64,000 nt of DNA, taken from a virus. The first letter of the stretch is position 1; each line of letters starts with the position of its first letter. A program made the translations under genes and the position numbers. This document shows, one piece after another, positions 58,585 to 64,000 of the stretch. The stretch spans positions 4,595 to 68,594 of the IMG/VR virus record IMGVR_UViG_3300033146_001150, one strand, 5' to 3'. The notes under the pieces are model-generated. The model ran no database searches, was not told the DNA's origin, and was given only the letters and a program-made list of their open reading frames with translations.

Positions 58585-60354
58585 TTATTCATCATTTTGT
58601 TTTCGAACAACGGGTCTTTTTGGGGGACGATTTGCCATTGGTATACCATATTTATTAGCCAAATCTATATATTTCTGTCCTGGTAATAAATCCGTCCTAT
58701 GAGTAAAATTGCTATCTTCATCTCCTAAAAATTTAAATGCGTATTCAATCCCATTTGGAATATTAGTATATTTTTTATATATCACTGGATCTACAACACG
58801 ACCTTCGTCATCTGAAATAGTAGCACCAGAATCTCTAATAAGTTTTATAATTTCAGGATTTCCAGATTTAATAGCAAGATATATTGTGCTCAGTGCAGGA
58901 ATTCGTGTATTTTTTGGTTCAGCACCAGCATCGACATATTTTTTTACTAAATCAACATCCTTCGCTCGTATAGCCTCATGTAAGGATGGATATCCTGGTA
59001 CGATTCCCAATTCATCGGCTAAATCAGTAAACGGAGTACCTTCTATGTATTTTTGATTATCTTCAGCGTGTTTATATGTGTATGGGGTCTGTTCCACACC
59101 ATCTATATTGTATACATATTTAATAATTTCAGGATCTCTAGTCTCAAATGCAGACTTCATGACATAACCAATATTATCTTTATTTAACATTGCTCCACCT
59201 TCAACCGCCCGTTTAATCACATCAAGATCCTCTGTAATTTGGATTACATCTGATAAATTAACATTTTCATATGAAAGAGTTGGTAAGTCTTTAATAATAT
59301 TATATATTGGATAACTCCATGATCTTAGAAGTATTTTCATAGTAGAGTCATTTGGTTTTACGGTTTTATAATTATCTAAGAAATATTCAACTAAGTCTGT
59401 ACTTCTAGTACTAATAGCCGTATTCAATTCATTACTTCTAGGAATAAATCCAGAATCTATCATATGTTCAATGGTTCTCATATCACCACGTCGTATAGCA
59501 TTATCCATTTCGTGTTGTTGTTTATATTGATTACGTTCAGGCTCCATCTCTTTCATTTCATGGTGTATGGTATTTAGAATAGCATCTAATGGTATGTTGT
59601 ATTCATTTAAATACTCTTCATATTCACTATTCCATCCAACACCATTACTATTACTATAATCAGTGGTATTGGTCATATCTTTAATTTCAGCGATCTCAGG
59701 GACACCATCTCCATAAGAATCAATGAGTCTAATAGCAGTCTTATGGAATTTGTCATCTTCGGGTAAATTATCATTAATAATATATATCATTAACCCGTTA
59801 GTATCTAATACATATAAACAAAACATATGATTTGGGTCATAATCATTACCCTTATCGGTATTAGCAGCAGTACACCATCGAGATCCTTGACCTTGCTTTA
59901 CTGATGCTGTTTTCGTTTGGGGGACTACTACACGGATGTTTCCGTCATCAGATGTCCATAACGTCTTAACTCGTTGATCAGACGGAATTTCAGATGTTTT
60001 ATTCTTATCATTAGCTATAACTCGTTTTACATCACGAACCCAATCATTAGGCTTATTTTTATACGATTTCATTGGTTTTAAATTGTTGGATGAACCTCCA
60101 ACATTCTCATCATACACCGATACATATTCACCTAGAGATTCTATCGGTAAATCGTCCCAATTCTTAGAAATCCATCCCATATATTTAAATAATTTTGGAT
60201 CTCCTAATATTTCTTTTAATTTATTAACTTCATCCATTCCAAAATTAGGATTTTTTCCTGATTGGGCTAATTGTTTAGCTTCTTTCTGGGATTCAGCCAA
60301 ATGGGTATTTTTATATAATGATTCTGTGATATAGGCGAGCACACTCATATACAA
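58585..60354 (-). CDS. WCT-motif paralog, subfamily A, ankyrin repeats
   Basis: GQGSRWCTAA; SLHEAIRAKDVDLVKKYVDAGA is ankyrin-like. Confidence 0.7.
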   Translation of the reverse strand: MYMSVLAYITESLYKNTHLAESQKEAKQLAQSGKNPNFGMDEVNKLKEILGDPKLFKYMGWISKNWDDLPIESLGEYVSVYDENVGGSSNNLKPMKSYKNKPNDWVRDVKRVIANDKNKTSEIPSDQRVKTLWTSDDGNIRVVVPQTKTASVKQGQGSRWCTAANTDKGNDYDPNHMFCLYVLDTNGLMIYIINDNLPEDDKFHKTAIRLIDSYGDGVPEIAEIKDMTNTTDYSNSNGVGWNSEYEEYLNEYNIPLDAILNTIHHEMKEMEPERNQYKQQHEMDNAIRRGDMRTIEHMIDSGFIPRSNELNTAISTRSTDLVEYFLDNYKTVKPNDSTMKILLRSWSYPIYNIIKDLPTLSYENVNLSDVIQITEDLDVIKRAVEGGAMLNKDNIGYVMKSAFETRDPEIIKYVYNIDGVEQTPYTYKHAEDNQKYIEGTPFTDLADELGIVPGYPSLHEAIRAKDVDLVKKYVDAGAEPKNTRIPALSTIYLAIKSGNPEIIKLIRDSGATISDDEGRVVDPVIYKKYTNIPNGIEYAFKFLGDEDSNFTHRTDLLPGQKYIDLANKYGIPMANRPPKRPVVRKQNDE

Positions 60355-60430
60355 TCTCCTGTAGTTTAATTATATGTGTATTTATATAAATGCAAAAATA
60401 AAGGGGTCATCACAACCCCTTCATAATATA

Positions 60431-63400
60431 TTAATATAGTTTATTATTTATAAGTAAATCCATAAATCTCTTATTATTTCTATCTAGATTAAGATTCGGA
60501 ACAACATCAGTATCAATAATCTCAGCATCTTTTTTAGTTATGAGATACTCAAACATATCATAAATATCATCTATTTCAGGTTGACCATTGATATTATCAT
60601 TGATATGGGTTATTATATAGTCTAATAACTGACTCGATGTTGTCTGTCCCTTATCTATCGCCTTATCTATCATATCCATGTCACCATCATACGATTTAAA
60701 CAAAATATCATTTATGCGATCTTGTTTAATACCTGAGACATCATCTATAATTTTAGATATCAATTCTTTATTTTTACTAACACCAACAGCCTTCCATAAC
60801 ATATTAACTATCCGTTTTAAGTCATCTGGTTTCATAGATTCAATAAACTCAGAATCCCATAAACTTAATGGGTTTGTGTTGTTGTATGCACTAGATAAAT
60901 ATTTTTTTGTAGAGATTAATTCATCTAAATAGGTAGCAATATTAAGAAAATTTACATCAGAATCAAAAGCATCAGATAGTGTCTTAATATCTTTTGAATC
61001 GCCGGAAGCTGCTATTCCATTAAGAATTCTATTTAATACACCACCAAGAACACCACCATCTTTAATGGTTATATCATCTTTATGCTTTAATATGGTCAAT
61101 ATTAGCTGTTTTCTTTTTGCATCATCCATACTGATAAGGTGCAGTATGTTATACTTACTTATATGTTTTAATAGATCGTCTATAGACACCAACCCTTTAT
61201 CTAATAATACATTTAAAAATTCAATATTACCTTTATGTAAACTTTTATCTAATATTGTTCTAAATCCAATATCATCAATTATTGATGGTTGTATTAAAGA
61301 AATTAATTTATTATACTCATCAGGAGATTCATTTAAATAATATTCAGCAACCGAATCTAATAATCTAACAGCATTAAATGCTGAATCAATTGTAACATCA
61401 GCATCTTTCATATTATCTACCATTTTAGGAACAACTTCTGGGTATTCATCCATTGCTCGTAGAAGCACCATTTCATTAGGAACTGCTCCTTGATCTACCA
61501 TGTCAACGATATCATCACTCTTAACATCTAATGCCGCTGCTAAATCTTCAGCATCATAAGATTCTTTACCGCTTGTTTTTCTAATATGAGAATCAACTTC
61601 TTTATTTTTAAGTCTAACCGCTGATGCTGATGCACCTTCCATATTATCAGAAATATCATATAACTCTTTAATGGTATTTAATATTTCTTCTGTTTCCGGA
61701 ACTGGGCGAATAGTGCTTGTAAATATCAAACTAAGATATAATGCAATCAATGGTAAGTCGCTATCCACAGCATCACTGTTTTTTAAAACTTCATAAACAT
61801 CAGAATCTCCACGTATAATTGCAGCTCTCCATATGTCTTGGGAATTAACATTACCGTTTATAACATCAAGAATCTTTTCAATAACACTAGCAGGAATATA
61901 TTCATCATTAATTTTATATCTATTTATTATATTATTCAACGTATAATCTCCTGATAACGAACCACCACCCTCTTTGATAGCATCAACAGCAGATTCTATC
62001 AATTTAGGAGAAATACCATGTAAACTCATATTAGGTCTAAACATATCAGAATCGCCTTTATTTTTAGCTAATACTTGTTCTCTAACTTCAGGAGATACGC
62101 TGGGGTGGAATGTAAAATAGAAATCAGAGTCGTGATATCCAAACGAACTATCATCATCAATTAATACCTTTTTTACTAATTTATTTATAACTTCAGGAGA
62201 AGCATTATCATATAAATATCTATATTCAAGTTCATCAAAATCTCTAGTATCGATAGAATCTAAAACTACTGGGGCTGATGATCTATAGGCTTCCAGTGGT
62301 AATTCATTTGGATGTTCTTCACTACCACGATCAAAAGAGTTTATTATTTTAATAGCTTCTGGTGAATCGAGATCTAAATCACGACCATTTACCATTGTTT
62401 TAATAAAATTAGACCCAAACGATCCTCCATTATCAATAATATCATCAAGATGTCTTGACGCTACATATCGGATAATATCAGAATTATTAGTATCATTATC
62501 ATCTAAATCAACAACTGCACCTCTCCAGGCTGATGGTTTTGCTTTTTCTATAATTTTATCTATTTGACTGGTTGTTAGCTTACTAAACATATTACCCATT
62601 AAATCTTTACCGGGCTTAACGGTTTTATGTTTCATGATAAAATCAAATATTTCATCTGTATTATAATATCTAGAGTCTAAATATAGCAAATCTGATGCTG
62701 TGGGGGTATGTCCCTGTTGGATTGCCTGTTTATATCCTTTTAAATTGGCTTGTGCTATTGAATTAGCAACATTCTTTGTTAATTCATATTCTTTTCTATC
62801 AGGCTCAAGTTCATCAGACTCTTTCTTACCAACATTCAATATATTTTCTAATGGAATATCCCATTCATTTAAGTACTCATATAAATCATCATTCCATAGA
62901 TCTGGACCATAACTATAGTCGATGACATTGTTCATATCTCTAATTTCGCCTATGTCAGTATCACCATCATCAAATTCTAATCGTATTGCTATTTTATGAA
63001 ATTTATCATCTTCGGGTAAATTATCATTGATGATATATATCATTAATCCTTTATCGGCTAATACATATTGACAGAACATATGAGCTGTGTCATATTCAAC
63101 ACCTTTATCAGTATGAGCAGCAGTACACCATTGAGCACCTTGTCCTTGTTTTATAGACGCTGATTTTGTTTGGGGAACAACTGCTCTAATTGAGTTATCA
63201 TCATTTGTCCATATCACATTATATCGATCGACAGGTTTTTTATCAGACACATTAGTTACTCGTTTTTTAGCATTCATTGCTGCTTGTACATTTCGATACC
63301 ATTCAGGAAAATCTTTTTTATACGACCTCATAGGATGTAAATTGTATGATTTACTATTTTCATTCTCATCATAAAATTCAAGCATTGAATTCAGTTCAAC

Positions 63401-63625
63401 TAAATCATCAACTGTGGTAAGAACATCATCCCAATTCCGAGCAATCCACCCCATATACTTGTATAGTTTTTGATTCTCAATATTAGATTTCAATGCATTA
63501 AAGGCTTCCATATCAAAATCACTTTTCCCCGATTGAGCCAATGTTTTAGCCTCTTTCTGAGACTCATTCATACTCGTATTCTCATATAGAGATTCTGTGA
63601 TGTAGTCTAATATACTCATATACAC
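60431..63625 (-). CDS. WCT-motif paralog, subfamily A, long helical C-terminus
   Basis: ESQKEAKTLAQSGK, GQGAQWCTAA. Confidence 0.7.
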   Translation of the reverse strand: MYMSILDYITESLYENTSMNESQKEAKTLAQSGKSDFDMEAFNALKSNIENQKLYKYMGWIARNWDDVLTTVDDLVELNSMLEFYDENENSKSYNLHPMRSYKKDFPEWYRNVQAAMNAKKRVTNVSDKKPVDRYNVIWTNDDNSIRAVVPQTKSASIKQGQGAQWCTAAHTDKGVEYDTAHMFCQYVLADKGLMIYIINDNLPEDDKFHKIAIRLEFDDGDTDIGEIRDMNNVIDYSYGPDLWNDDLYEYLNEWDIPLENILNVGKKESDELEPDRKEYELTKNVANSIAQANLKGYKQAIQQGHTPTASDLLYLDSRYYNTDEIFDFIMKHKTVKPGKDLMGNMFSKLTTSQIDKIIEKAKPSAWRGAVVDLDDNDTNNSDIIRYVASRHLDDIIDNGGSFGSNFIKTMVNGRDLDLDSPEAIKIINSFDRGSEEHPNELPLEAYRSSAPVVLDSIDTRDFDELEYRYLYDNASPEVINKLVKKVLIDDDSSFGYHDSDFYFTFHPSVSPEVREQVLAKNKGDSDMFRPNMSLHGISPKLIESAVDAIKEGGGSLSGDYTLNNIINRYKINDEYIPASVIEKILDVINGNVNSQDIWRAAIIRGDSDVYEVLKNSDAVDSDLPLIALYLSLIFTSTIRPVPETEEILNTIKELYDISDNMEGASASAVRLKNKEVDSHIRKTSGKESYDAEDLAAALDVKSDDIVDMVDQGAVPNEMVLLRAMDEYPEVVPKMVDNMKDADVTIDSAFNAVRLLDSVAEYYLNESPDEYNKLISLIQPSIIDDIGFRTILDKSLHKGNIEFLNVLLDKGLVSIDDLLKHISKYNILHLISMDDAKRKQLILTILKHKDDITIKDGGVLGGVLNRILNGIAASGDSKDIKTLSDAFDSDVNFLNIATYLDELISTKKYLSSAYNNTNPLSLWDSEFIESMKPDDLKRIVNMLWKAVGVSKNKELISKIIDDVSGIKQDRINDILFKSYDGDMDMIDKAIDKGQTTSSQLLDYIITHINDNINGQPEIDDIYDMFEYLITKKDAEIIDTDVVPNLNLDRNNKRFMDLLINNKLY

Positions 63626-63900
63626 TCCTATTGTAATTTATACCTGTATTTATATATCATACCCCGTAGGGAAATTATTTTATTGTTTACTGTTACAACG
63701 ACTTTTGAATGGTAAAAAAATATAAAAAATAATTTTTTTAGAAAAAAACATTTTGAATGCTTTTACTTTTTAACCAGAAATACCATACGCCGAAGGCGAA
63801 AAAGCGAAAATAGCGAAAATATCCCCCAGCATATACGAGAGGGTTTAGCGTAGTTTAAGGAAGTTTAATGGTGTTATGGTGGGGGGAGATGGACAATTTA

Positions 63901-64000
63901 AGGGAGGTTAGGGAAGCTCTAGGGGGGTTAAGGAAGTTCTAGGGGGTTAGGGAAGCTCTAGGGGGTCTGGTGTGACAATGGGGTTAGGGAAGCTCTAGGG
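63901..64000 (+). repeat. G-rich 19-20-nt tandem repeat (AGGGGGTTAGGGAAGCTCT)
   Basis: About four copies visible, continuing to the window edge. Confidence 0.8.

Noticed and set aside
45772-63625. Diversity-generating retroelement behind paralog variability
   Set aside because: No reverse transcriptase and no TR/VR pair with adenine-specific differences; shared DNA is in the N-terminal halves.
1-64000. Stop-codon reassignment
   Set aside because: Core genes are full length in the standard code, TAG and TGA end genes, and no canonical suppressor tRNA was found.

Overview
This is a 64-kb, AT-rich segment of a large T4-related (Tevenvirinae-like or jumbo) myophage. Genes read normally in the standard code. 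Layout: (1) 1-7.4 kb, minus strand: neck and structural genes, uvsW, uvsY and an AEP/PriCT-2 primase-like gene. (2) 7.6-29.6 kb, plus strand: a complete T4-type replication, recombination and late-transcription module (gp46, gp55, gp47, gp43, uvsX, gp41, gp32, gp61, RuvC-like, RNase H, gp4, ThyX-like, gp45, gp44, gp62, dNMP kinase), with two glycosyltransferases embedded. (3) 29.6-37.3 kb: a tRNA-rich region with 16 tRNA genes, including tRNA-Leu(UAA) split by a group I intron carrying an HNH ORF. It also holds several non-canonical tRNA-like RNAs, and a DIP1984-like coiled-coil gene followed by a ~310-nt closed structured RNA with a ~7-nt periodic UAAA-repeat loop. That gene/RNA pair is the best candidate for an undescribed system. 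(4) 37.8-45.6 kb: late acidic and basic repeat proteins, dUTPase and class II RNR. (5) 45.8-63.6 kb, mostly minus strand: an array of seven paralogous 'WCT'-motif proteins with conserved N-termini, variable C-termini and shared capsid-targeting-like leaders. The window ends in a G-rich tandem repeat. All family assignments come from motif recognition by eye; no database searches were run.
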